Below are positions 8,228-15,255 of a stretch of 64,000 nt of DNA, piece by piece. The DNA is from a virus. The notes beneath the pieces were generated by a model. That model searched no databases, was not told where the DNA came from, and saw nothing but the letters and a program-made list of their open reading frames with translations. The stretch's first letter is position 1; every line of letters begins with the position of its first letter. Both the position numbers and the translations under genes were made by a program. The DNA lies in the IMG/VR virus record IMGVR_UViG_3300029258_001887; one strand, given 5' to 3'.

Positions 8228-8624
8228 ATGAAGAGATGTAGGAAAAAAACCGTGTATCAGGTGTGGGGTCATAACTGCCAATTTCAAATATTGCTCAACA
8301 GAATGTCAGCACCTACATGTTTGGGAGCAACTAAAAAAAGCAGCACTCGAAGCTTGGAAGTTCCTGACATGGAAAAATGCCAAGCGTTATCTCTTGGAGA
8401 CATATGGGCAGAAATGTGCTATATGCGGTCTCACGGAATGGAATGATCAACCAATGCCGGTTACGATCGATCACATCAATGGCGATTATTCGGATCATGG
8501 CATTTCTAATGTTCGATTGATCTGTCCAAATTGTGATGCTCAAACCGACACATATAAGGGGCGCAACAGGGGGAACGGTAGACACAGCCGCCGAGAGCGG
8601 TACCAAAAGGGCTTGAGCTACTGA
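8228..8624 (+). pseudogene. HNH endonuclease with +1 frameshift in an A7 run (8243-8249)
   Basis: MKRCRKK in one frame continues in +1 frame as PCIRCG..KYCSTEC..CAICG..DHING..NVRLICPNC. Confidence 0.7.
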
Positions 8625-8637
8625 GGGTGTATAATCT

Positions 8638-8916
8638 ATGGGTCAGAGCGGAAAGAAGCGCAAGCAGCAACGGCGAGCCCAGGAGCGTGAACGCGCCAAG
8701 CCTGAGCCCCCAAATCAAGAGGTACTTGATTCTATAGGCAGTCCAAACGCCTGGACTCCAGAAGCCGAAGATGCTTGGCTCAAAGAGCTTCGTAAGATAC
8801 CGGCAGGGGAAATCTATCGGAGATTCCCGCCGATGCGGAAACCCCCGAATGTTCGGAAAAGGGGTAGTGGGTCAGGTTGGGGTGACAATGCCTGGGCGGT
8901 GGAAAGATATCTGTAA
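8638..8916 (+). CDS. Basic hypothetical protein
   Basis: ORF right after GTGTATAAT motif (8627-8635). Confidence 0.6.
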   Translation: MGQSGKKRKQQRRAQERERAKPEPPNQEVLDSIGSPNAWTPEAEDAWLKELRKIPAGEIYRRFPPMRKPPNVRKRGSGSGWGDNAWAVERYL

Positions 8917-8942
8917 TACGGGGAAAAGATGGGGGGAGTCAA

Positions 8943-9149
8943 GTGCGTAAGATTTCTTGTGCAATTTTTTTTACAGCGTGCTTGCTGATGACCAGTGGGT
9001 GTCGGCTCCTGGAATCCGCAGTGAGTGATGTCGGAGGTTGGGATGTAAGTGCTTGCGTTGACGGCTTCGGGACGTGTTGGGAACTCTTTTTCGATAATGC
9101 CGACAAGTTCGAAGATGGCTTTGTTGAGGCCATGGGGGATCTACCGTGA
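8943..9149 (+). CDS. Small lipoprotein
   Basis: Lipobox TSGC after hydrophobic segment; GGAG RBS. Confidence 0.6.
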   Translation: MRKISCAIFFTACLLMTSGCRLLESAVSDVGGWDVSACVDGFGTCWELFFDNADKFEDGFVEAMGDLP

Positions 9150-9316
9150 AACAAAACAAAGTAACAGTTGATGGTGGCCAGATTTGTCACGATCGCATGG
9201 GTGTAGTTAAGAGGGGGGTTGAGATATTAGTATCGCAGATGCCAGAAGACTTCGACTGGACCAAGCACAATCTGGTCATGACCATTACCCCAAAGACCCA
9301 GGAAGGGGTCAAATAA
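9146..9316 (+). CDS. Small hypothetical protein (56 aa)
   Basis: GTGA overlap; MKQNKVTVDGG...QEGVK*. Confidence 0.5.
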   Translation: MKQNKVTVDGGQICHDRMGVVKRGVEILVSQMPEDFDWTKHNLVMTITPKTQEGVK

Positions 9317-9491
9317 TTCGTCTCGTGGCCGCTGTGCCCTTTTCCTGTCTGGCCTGGGGTCTGAGACCCCAAAACAGCACACGGCTCCCCAGACGGCTTA
9401 GGCGTGGTTCTCGGGGGCACCAAAAGGGGAATACACCATATAAGTATTACTTGAATATGGAGGAAATCCTCCGTCGTAGAAAGGGGAAGCT

Positions 9492-9704
9492 GTGACTGAC
9501 TGGAACGAAGAAGTACAACGGGCTGCTGAACGAGCTATGGAAGTGGCTACTGCGGTAATCCGCAAAGACGGCCCCAAGAGCAAGCCCTACTGCGTGTACA
9601 GTGAGAAGACAGGGCGGAAGTTCGGGTGTTACCCGAGTCGTAAGCAGGCCGAGGAACGGCTAAAGCAAATTGAGAAATTTCGCTACATAAAGGGTAATAA
9701 ATAA
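9492..9704 (+). CDS. Small basic phage protein
   Basis: YCVYSEKTGRKFGCYPS...RLKQIEKF motif. Confidence 0.65.
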   Translation: MTDWNEEVQRAAERAMEVATAVIRKDGPKSKPYCVYSEKTGRKFGCYPSRKQAEERLKQIEKFRYIKGNK

Positions 9705-9705
9705 C

Positions 9706-9768
9706 ATGATTGAAATTGATGCCATGACTGGCCCAGTAATTTTGAATTTATATGCCCAGCCCGTCTGA
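9706..9768 (+). CDS. Putative leader peptide D (MIEIDAMTGPVILNLYAQPV)
   Basis: 20-aa ORF followed by alternative hairpins and a terminator. Confidence 0.45.
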   Translation: MIEIDAMTGPVILNLYAQPV

Positions 9769-9814
9769 CGTATCAGCGGTACCCAGCTTGCCCACCATGT
9801 GTGGGTGGAGTAAC

Positions 9815-9848
9815 GGTGTCGTCTTCCGGGGGCGGCACCAGTTTTTTT
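9815..9848 (+). terminator. Intrinsic terminator / attenuator D
   Basis: GGTGTCGTC/GGCGGCACC stem + AGTTTTTTT. Confidence 0.8.
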
Positions 9849-9857
9849 CATTTTTTG

Positions 9858-9887
9858 TGAAACAAACACCGGAGTTTGGGGTATAAT
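9858..9887 (+). promoter_or_regulatory. Promoter, class TG(A/G)AAC-N18-TATAAT
   Basis: TGAAAC 9858-9863, TATAAT 9882-9887. Confidence 0.75.
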
Positions 9888-9909
9888 GATACTGTAGGAG
9901 GAACAACCA

Positions 9910-9993
9910 ATGAGATCGATACGCAGACATTATAAACCCGCCATTTTAGCCGCCGCGCTCAATCCACGCGCACGGGGTGGTGATGCGGGCTAA
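9910..9993 (+). CDS. Leader peptide B (MRSIRRHYKPAILAAALNPRARGGDAG)
   Basis: AGGAGG RBS 9896-9901; 27 aa; 3' end forms a 14-bp antiterminator with the terminator 5' arm. Confidence 0.8.
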   Translation: MRSIRRHYKPAILAAALNPRARGGDAG

Positions 9994-10026
9994 GGTCTGT
10001 CTGTTCCTTTTTGACTGGAGACTTTG

Positions 10027-10052
10027 GCCCGCGAGAAATCGCGGGCTTTTTT
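10027..10052 (+). terminator. Intrinsic terminator / attenuator B
   Basis: GCCCGCGA-GAAA-TCGCGGGC + TTTTTT. Confidence 0.9.
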
Positions 10053-10067
10053 ATTGGAATATCGGAC

Positions 10068-10667
10068 ATGAAGACCACAGTGGTAAATATTCGCCAAAAC
10101 GAATACGACGTGTATATCGGCAGGGAGGGACACGGCCATGATGGCTATTTTGGGAATCCCTTTTCCGCTATGCGAGATGGTGGCCGTGAGAGGGCAATCG
10201 CGCTGTACAGGGAGTATTTCTACCGGCGATTGCGGGTTGACTCAGAATTTGCTGAACGAGTACAGGAATTAAAGGGTAAACGATTAGGATGTTTTTGCGC
10301 ACCGAAACCATGCCATGGTGATATTATAGCCGATTATGTAAATATTGAACCCAATGTTAAACCATATGTTGATGAGTTAATGGCTGGAGGTTTCTACACT
10401 TTTTCGTCTTGCGACGGTGGTAATGGTCACTCATTCAAAAAAAGAACAATTAAAATCAACGTAGATCAGCCAACTGTCGATGATCCATGTGGATATGATA
10501 TTACTATCCGTGGAGAACGCAGATGTTACGAAAGATTCATCGATTTGTGCGATTTTATTGAAGGTAAGAAATGGACATATTGCAAAGTATTATTAGTAAG
10601 AGAATATATAATAAATGACCAGAATGTGCCCAAAGCAAATGTCCATTTTGAATTGGTGTGGAATTAA
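10068..10667 (+). CDS. DUF4326-like protein with C-terminal extension
   Basis: YDVYIGR..FGNPF..LKGKRLGCFCAPKPCHGDII. Confidence 0.8.
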   Translation: MKTTVVNIRQNEYDVYIGREGHGHDGYFGNPFSAMRDGGRERAIALYREYFYRRLRVDSEFAERVQELKGKRLGCFCAPKPCHGDIIADYVNIEPNVKPYVDELMAGGFYTFSSCDGGNGHSFKKRTIKINVDQPTVDDPCGYDITIRGERRCYERFIDLCDFIEGKKWTYCKVLLVREYIINDQNVPKANVHFELVWN

Positions 10668-10668
10668 A

Positions 10669-10773
10669 ATGAAGGTTATTGTTTGTGGTAGTCAAGATTG
10701 GAAGGGATACCAGACGATTAGAAAGCGGTTGGAATTGCTTCCGCCCAATGCCATAGCGATGAAAGTGGGTTGA
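10669..10773 (+). pseudogene. Truncated SLOG/YspA-like (DUF2493) gene remnant
   Basis: MKVIVCGSQDW..TIRKRL N-terminus then stop after 34 aa. Confidence 0.5.
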
Positions 10774-10806
10774 TCGAGCGGTTCGAGGTTGGGGGATATA
10801 GATAAC

Positions 10807-11040
10807 ATGGATACGACAGAAAAGAGAACGCTGTATCGAAATGCGTATGGACAGGTTCAGTGTGACAGGTGTGGTTGCTATAGTGATCTAATCTATCCGG
10901 TACACTTGCGGAATCAGAATGGATCGTGGGTAAGTATGTTGTGTCATCGCTGTCAGGGTGGACCGCCCGGAAGTCGTGTTGAGAGAATCGACGATCCGAT
11001 CGATCTCAAGACTTATGATGGACCTGTCAAAGAAGGGTAG
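10807..11040 (+). CDS. Zn-ribbon hypothetical protein
   Basis: CDRC...CHRC; stop abuts tRNA-Pro. Confidence 0.6.
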   Translation: MDTTEKRTLYRNAYGQVQCDRCGCYSDLIYPVHLRNQNGSWVSMLCHRCQGGPPGSRVERIDDPIDLKTYDGPVKEG

Positions 11041-11113
11041 CGGAGTGTAGCTCAGTTGGTGGAGCGCGCGGTTTGGGACCGTGAGGTCGGTGGTTCGAGT
11101 CCACTCACTCCGA
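11041..11113 (+). tRNA. tRNA-Pro(TGG)
   Basis: Cloverleaf; CGCGG-TTTGGGA-CCGTG. Confidence 0.95.
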
Positions 11114-11116
11114 GTC

Positions 11117-11189
11117 TTGCGGGTAGCTCAATGGCTAGAGCGTTCGCCTGTTAAGCGAAAGTGTGCGGGTTCGAATCCCGTCCCGTAAG
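11117..11189 (+). tRNA. tRNA-Asn(GTT)
   Basis: Cloverleaf; TTCGC-CTGTTAA-GCGAA. Confidence 0.95.
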
Positions 11190-11202
11190 TTAGGAGATTG
11201 GT

Positions 11203-11379
11203 ATGAAGTGTGGCGAAAAAATATGGGTTATTTACGATACCAGGACTGGCAATATTGCTGAAAGTGGAGATAATTCTTTGCCTTTGATTTTCGAAGATGA
11301 AGACGCCGCAAGAGATTGTGCTGATTTGGTTCGTCACTGGGATGTATATCCAGCCTTTCTTACACGAGAGGAAAAATAA
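11203..11379 (+). CDS. Small hypothetical protein (58 aa)
   Basis: AGGAG RBS; TAATG coupling to next gene. Confidence 0.6.
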   Translation: MKCGEKIWVIYDTRTGNIAESGDNSLPLIFEDEDAARDCADLVRHWDVYPAFLTREEK

Positions 11380-11783
11380 TGCAGACATTTTTGCCCTATG
11401 CCGATTTCGACAAGAGTGTCCATTGTTTGGACAGGCAGCGGTTGGGGAAGCAGCGGGTGGAGGCGATGCAGATTCTCAATACCCTTGCCCGTGGTAGTCG
11501 ATGGGCAAATCACCCTGCTGTCCTGATGTGGCGGGGATACGAGAATGCATTGCGACTGTACATGAACAAGTGTATCCAGGAATGGATTCGACGTGGATAC
11601 AACAATACGATGCAGATTGCAGAAGTGACAGAACCAGTTGAGATGCCACCGTGGTTCGGGGATGAAGAATTCCATGCATCTCATAGATCGAATCTGCTTC
11701 GCAAGGATGCAGAGTGGTACGGACAATTTTGGTGGGGCGAGACAGACAAGTTGCCGTATGTTTGGCCCGTGAGGAAAAGCTGA
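11379..11783 (+). CDS. Pyrimidine-dimer DNA glycosylase family protein (MSMEG_6728-like)
   Basis: MQTFLPY..LDRQRLGKQRVEAMQIL..HPAVLMWRGY..SHRSNLLRKD. Confidence 0.85.
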   Translation: MQTFLPYADFDKSVHCLDRQRLGKQRVEAMQILNTLARGSRWANHPAVLMWRGYENALRLYMNKCIQEWIRRGYNNTMQIAEVTEPVEMPPWFGDEEFHASHRSNLLRKDAEWYGQFWWGETDKLPYVWPVRKS

Positions 11784-12064
11784 TGGATTTGAGTGGTATT
11801 GAGGAATTGTTGGAGTTTGCTAGGGTGGACAAAGAAACAGCGCAGCAAATTTGGAAAGACGTAAAGGCGAACCACAAGAGGTTGGACAATTGCAAGGGGC
11901 CACATGATTTTCGACCAGTTCCGGCTGAAGGGAAAAGTCTTGTCCGCGATTACGTGTGTTCCCGGTGCAATGGCAAGGTCGATGCCATCCACAAGTTGTG
12001 GTACGAGAGGGGGTTGGAGCATGGACGCAGCGAAGCTCAAGGCGATTCTGGAAAGACTACGTAA
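11783..12064 (+). CDS. Hypothetical protein with Cys/His cluster
   Basis: TGATG coupling; C..PHDF...CSRCNG. Confidence 0.65.
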   Translation: MDLSGIEELLEFARVDKETAQQIWKDVKANHKRLDNCKGPHDFRPVPAEGKSLVRDYVCSRCNGKVDAIHKLWYERGLEHGRSEAQGDSGKTT

Positions 12065-12100
12065 GGTCTATGGCGAGATGCTCAAGCGGCTGGCGAAGTA

Positions 12101-12224
12101 ACAACCTCCAGGGGTTGTATTTCGGGAAAACAACCTTTAAGGGTTGTCTTTGGGAAAACAACCAAAAAAGGTTGTCTGGCAGCCAAAAATGGTTGCCTCA
12201 GCGGAGGCAGCCGAAAATGGTTGC
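12101..12224. repeat. Array of five 18-bp palindromes RCARCC-N6-GGTTGY
   Basis: Copies start at 12101, 12130, 12158, 12179, 12207; invariant 6-nt spacer. Confidence 0.9.
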
Positions 12225-12235
12225 CTGGAGAAAAA

Positions 12236-12718
12236 ATGAGCATAACAGTACAAGATATCAGGAAGGCGATTACCGAGATCAAGCGGGTCCACAATTTACC
12301 TACTTCGCAAGTGGTAGAAGCATTTTTGATCAACCGCGACGATCTGGACGAGCTATGTAGCTGGGCTGTCGATCAAGGACAGCCGATACACGATCGAGAA
12401 ACTGGAACGGTTTTTGTCTATGGTGTCAAGATCATCGAAAGCCCTTATGTCCCGAAGGGAACCATCTACAAATTGCTCAAGGATAATTTACAGGAATATG
12501 CGATGGGTGGTTTTGGGGCTGGTGTTAGTGGAATGATACCAGCGTCATCCGATTTCGCTACCACGATACCAGCGAGTGGTTCGTTCAAGATGCCCGACTG
12601 CTTTCCTGTCGTGCCAGAGAGTGGGACGATCTACGTACCAAAGCCTACGCCGACACCGGCTGTACCAAAGAAGCCAGAGAAGAAACACAGTTCAAAGAGA
12701 CGGATCGAGTTGGACTGA
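12236..12718 (+). CDS. Hypothetical protein
   Basis: GGAG RBS; ends RRIELD like 3396..3674. Confidence 0.65.
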   Translation: MSITVQDIRKAITEIKRVHNLPTSQVVEAFLINRDDLDELCSWAVDQGQPIHDRETGTVFVYGVKIIESPYVPKGTIYKLLKDNLQEYAMGGFGAGVSGMIPASSDFATTIPASGSFKMPDCFPVVPESGTIYVPKPTPTPAVPKKPEKKHSSKRRIELD

Positions 12719-12724
12719 CAATAC

Positions 12725-12796
12725 GGGGGGATAGTGATAACGGGAGCACACCTGCCTTGCAAGCAGGAAGTCGGGGTTCGATTCCCCGTCCTTCCA
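12725..12796 (+). tRNA. tRNA-Ala(TGC)
   Basis: Cloverleaf, G3-U70; CCTGC-CTTGCAA-GCAGG. Confidence 0.93.
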
Positions 12797-12809
12797 TTGG
12801 AGAACAGAG

Positions 12810-13162
12810 ATGAAAGTGGATAAGCCTAAACTCAGAAGTGGGCCAACAGGACCACATTCACATGGATACAAAATGTGTATGGTTAGGTATTCGGACGGAA
12901 CCGACAAAGCTATTACATGGCACAAGTATATCTACGAATCTGAATAGAGAATCTGGAAGCTAAGGTAGTTTCTGATCATACCAGAGGACATCAGACACCG
13001 GCGTCGGCAAAGACCTATGTGTGCCCATGGTGTGGTATTAGTTTCGAACGCTCGGATCGTAGAGTACGACACAATCAAACGAGTCAGCGGAAGGCTGGCC
13101 CCTTTTGTAGTCGATCGTGTGGTGCAAGCTGGGGAAGAGAAAAACAGCTTGGAAGATTGTAG
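12810..13162 (+). pseudogene. Internally deleted HNH endonuclease gene
   Basis: N-part ...HKYIYESE* then, in another frame, IENLE..H..H + CPWCG...FCSRSC; HNH core missing. Confidence 0.6.
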
Positions 13163-13244
13163 CCCCTGTGATGGAATTGGCAGACATGACTGGTTTAAGC
13201 CCAGTTGCCTTCATGGCGTGTAGGTTCGAACCCTACCGGGGGTA
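13162..13244 (+). tRNA. tRNA-Leu(TAA)
   Basis: Long variable arm; ACTGG-TTTAAGC-CCAGT. Confidence 0.93.
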
Positions 13245-13250
13245 GTAGCA

Positions 13251-13323
13251 GCCCGAGTAGCCCAACGGCAGAGGCACACGGCCTAGAACCGTGTCAGTGG
13301 TGGTTCGAATCCACTCTCGGGTA
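13251..13323 (+). tRNA. tRNA-Leu(TAG), short variable loop, C33
   Basis: CACGG-CCTAGAA-CCGTG. Confidence 0.85.
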
Positions 13324-13329
13324 TTTGAT

Positions 13330-13402
13330 AGGTAGGTAGCTCAACTGGTAGAGCAGTGGTCTCCAAAACCAAAGGTTGAGGGTTCGAATCCCTCCCTGCC
13401 CA
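13330..13402 (+). tRNA. tRNA-Trp(CCA)
   Basis: Cloverleaf; loop CTCCAAA. Confidence 0.92.
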
Positions 13403-13404
13403 TA

Positions 13405-13477
13405 GGGCGGTTAGCTCAGTTGGGAGAGCACCTGCCTTACAAGCAGGGGGTCGCAGGTTCAAGCCCTGCACTGCCCA
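13405..13477 (+). tRNA. tRNA-Val(TAC)
   Basis: Cloverleaf; CCTGC-CTTACAA-GCAGG. Confidence 0.95.
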
Positions 13478-13482
13478 TTTGA

Positions 13483-13554
13483 GCCGGTGTAGTTCAACTG
13501 GTAGAACGCTCGGCTGTGGACCGGGAAATACAGGTTCGAGCCCTGTCGCTGGTG
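13483..13554 (+). tRNA. tRNA-His(GTG)
   Basis: CTCGG-CTGTGGA-CCGGG; lacks encoded G-1/C73. Confidence 0.85.
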
Positions 13555-13600
13555 TAACAGGTTTGGTATACAAAAACCGCCTCGCGGATATTGGCTCAAA

Positions 13601-13675
13601 GCGCCCGTAGTCTAATTGGATAAGGCCCTCGCCTTCTAAGCGAGTTTGTTGGGGGTTCGAGTCCCTCCGGGCGTG
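13601..13675 (+). tRNA. tRNA-Arg(TCT)
   Basis: CTCGC-CTTCTAA-GCGAG. Confidence 0.95.
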
Positions 13676-13677
13676 TA

Positions 13678-13750
13678 GGGGATGTAGCTTAATTGGCAGA
13701 GCACTGGTCTCTTAAACCAGAGGATGTGGGATCGTTGCCCACTGTCCCCA
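13678..13750 (+). tRNA. tRNA-Lys(CTT), atypical T-loop ATCGTTG
   Basis: CTGGT-CTCTTAA-ACCAG. Confidence 0.88.
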
Positions 13751-13762
13751 TTGGAGGCTAGA

Positions 13763-14140
13763 ATGGTAAAGCACGGATCACCGCCGTATCTGGAATGCAG
13801 CACACACGGAGACCGAAGGTTCTCTGCGTTCTGTGCTCGCCTGGAAGGCCGGGGTGGAAAGAGTATCGAAGAAATCTACCAAGCAGCCAAGGTGTTCGAA
13901 GGCGGGGTGACTGGCCTGACATGGCAAGATGCGAAGGGTCGGGTGCCTATCAATGGAGAAGAGGTAGCTCGATTGTACTCCCAGCTTTGGGATGAATACA
14001 TTGACGAGAATCCACACTTGTTGGATGTCTTGAAGATGGTGAGTGGCGTCAGCGACAAGTTCGGTCAACGGGGTCACATGTGCCAAGCGACAGAATTATG
14101 GAGGATTAGATGTGAGAGGGCTGGTAACTCAATGGATTAG
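13763..14140 (+). CDS. NADAR-like protein (resembles DarT1-associated antitoxin family)
   Basis: LECST.GD.RFSAF..RL...SIEEIYQAAKVFEGG...D.FG...CQA; GGAGG RBS; stop inside tRNA-Lys(TTT). Confidence 0.65.
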   Translation: MVKHGSPPYLECSTHGDRRFSAFCARLEGRGGKSIEEIYQAAKVFEGGVTGLTWQDAKGRVPINGEEVARLYSQLWDEYIDENPHLLDVLKMVSGVSDKFGQRGHMCQATELWRIRCERAGNSMD

Positions 14141-14191
14141 AGTAGCGGGCTTTTAACCCGCAGGCTGTGGGTTCGAGTCCCACCCAGCCCA
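14118..14191 (+). tRNA. tRNA-Lys(TTT)
   Basis: GCGGG-CTTTTAA-CCCGC. Confidence 0.95.
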
Positions 14192-14209
14192 GTAGTGAAG
14201 GGGGTTGTC

Positions 14210-15217
14210 ATGAAGCTTGAAGACATTGGATTCTACACGCTATCTGACAAGCGTGCGTTGAACGCTAGCGACACCTCTCCGTTGCAGCGGTGTGAGTTGA
14301 TTCTTACGGATCGCTGTAACCTACGGTGTCCGTATTGCCGTGGTGTAAGACCGGAGATTCGTGGAGATATGCCGTTCAAACAGGCGATTAAAACTGTCAA
14401 TCTCTGGATCGCTCAAGGGCTGAAGAACGTCAGGTTCTCTGGTGGGGAGCCTACTCTATACAAGTGTCTGGGTAAGTTGGTTGATCGTTGTCGTGAAGGT
14501 GGGGTCGAGCGTATCGCAATCTCCACAAATGGTACGGCAAAGCTTGAGACCTATCTGGCTTTGGTCGGAGCGGGTGTCAACGATTTCTCCATCAGTCTTG
14601 ATGGTGGTTGCTGCGCTGTTGGTACGGACATGGCCGGTGGAGTGAAGGGTGCATGGGCGAAGGCTGTAGAGTCTATCCGCACTCTGAGCAAGATCACCTA
14701 CGTAACCGTTGGCATGGTCTTCACCGAGGCTAATGTTGACCAGTGTGTTGAGGCTGTGCTGTTCGTGGACAGCCTGGGGGTTTCTGACATCCGAGTTATC
14801 CCAGCGGCACAGTACAACCAAGCTTTGACAAAGCTGGCCGATTTGCCAGACGAGGTATTGGACAAGTACCCGATCCTGAAGTACCGGATTGGGAACCTGA
14901 AAGCTGATAGAAGTGTACGCGGAATCTGTGAGGGCAATTGTCGCAAGTGCTGGTTGGCACTGGACGACATGGCTGTAGCCGGTAAATGGCACTTCCCATG
15001 CATCATCCACTTACGGGAAGGTGGCGATCCTATCGGTGAAGTAGGTCCGAACATGAGGGCCGAGCGACTACAATGGATTCTTGAACACGATAGCATGGCC
15101 GACCCAATCTGTGCTGCGAACTGCCTGGACGTGTGCGTTGACTACAACGACACGGCAGCTATATCGCACCCAGAAAAGAGGGCCGGTAGCTCAGTGGTAC
15201 GAGCGGGATGCTTATAA
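14210..15217 (+). CDS. Radical SAM enzyme
   Basis: CNLRCPYC, SGGEPT, STNG, ISLDG; extra C-terminal Cys; stop inside tRNA-Ile(TAT). Confidence 0.9.
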   Translation: MKLEDIGFYTLSDKRALNASDTSPLQRCELILTDRCNLRCPYCRGVRPEIRGDMPFKQAIKTVNLWIAQGLKNVRFSGGEPTLYKCLGKLVDRCREGGVERIAISTNGTAKLETYLALVGAGVNDFSISLDGGCCAVGTDMAGGVKGAWAKAVESIRTLSKITYVTVGMVFTEANVDQCVEAVLFVDSLGVSDIRVIPAAQYNQALTKLADLPDEVLDKYPILKYRIGNLKADRSVRGICEGNCRKCWLALDDMAVAGKWHFPCIIHLREGGDPIGEVGPNMRAERLQWILEHDSMADPICAANCLDVCVDYNDTAAISHPEKRAGSSVVRAGCL

Positions 15218-15252
15218 CATCCAAGTCGCTGGTTCGATTCCAGCCCGGCCTA
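15180..15252 (+). tRNA. tRNA-Ile(TAT)
   Basis: GGATG-CTTATAA-CATCC. Confidence 0.92.
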
Positions 15253-15255
15253 TGT

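Noticed and set aside
9326-9382. HDV-like/theta ribozyme
   Set aside because: P4-like hairpin and partial P1/P2 are present, but I could not form a convincing P3 or full P1, and it does not abut a tRNA 3' end.
12101-12224. CRISPR mini-array
   Set aside because: Units are 18-bp palindromes separated by only 3-11 nt; no spacer-length unique sequences and no cas genes in the window.
13251-13323. Amber suppressor tRNA (CTA) and stop-codon recoding
   Set aside because: The 7-nt loop CCTAGAA centres on TAG (Leu); long genes read normally in code 11 and many end in TAG.
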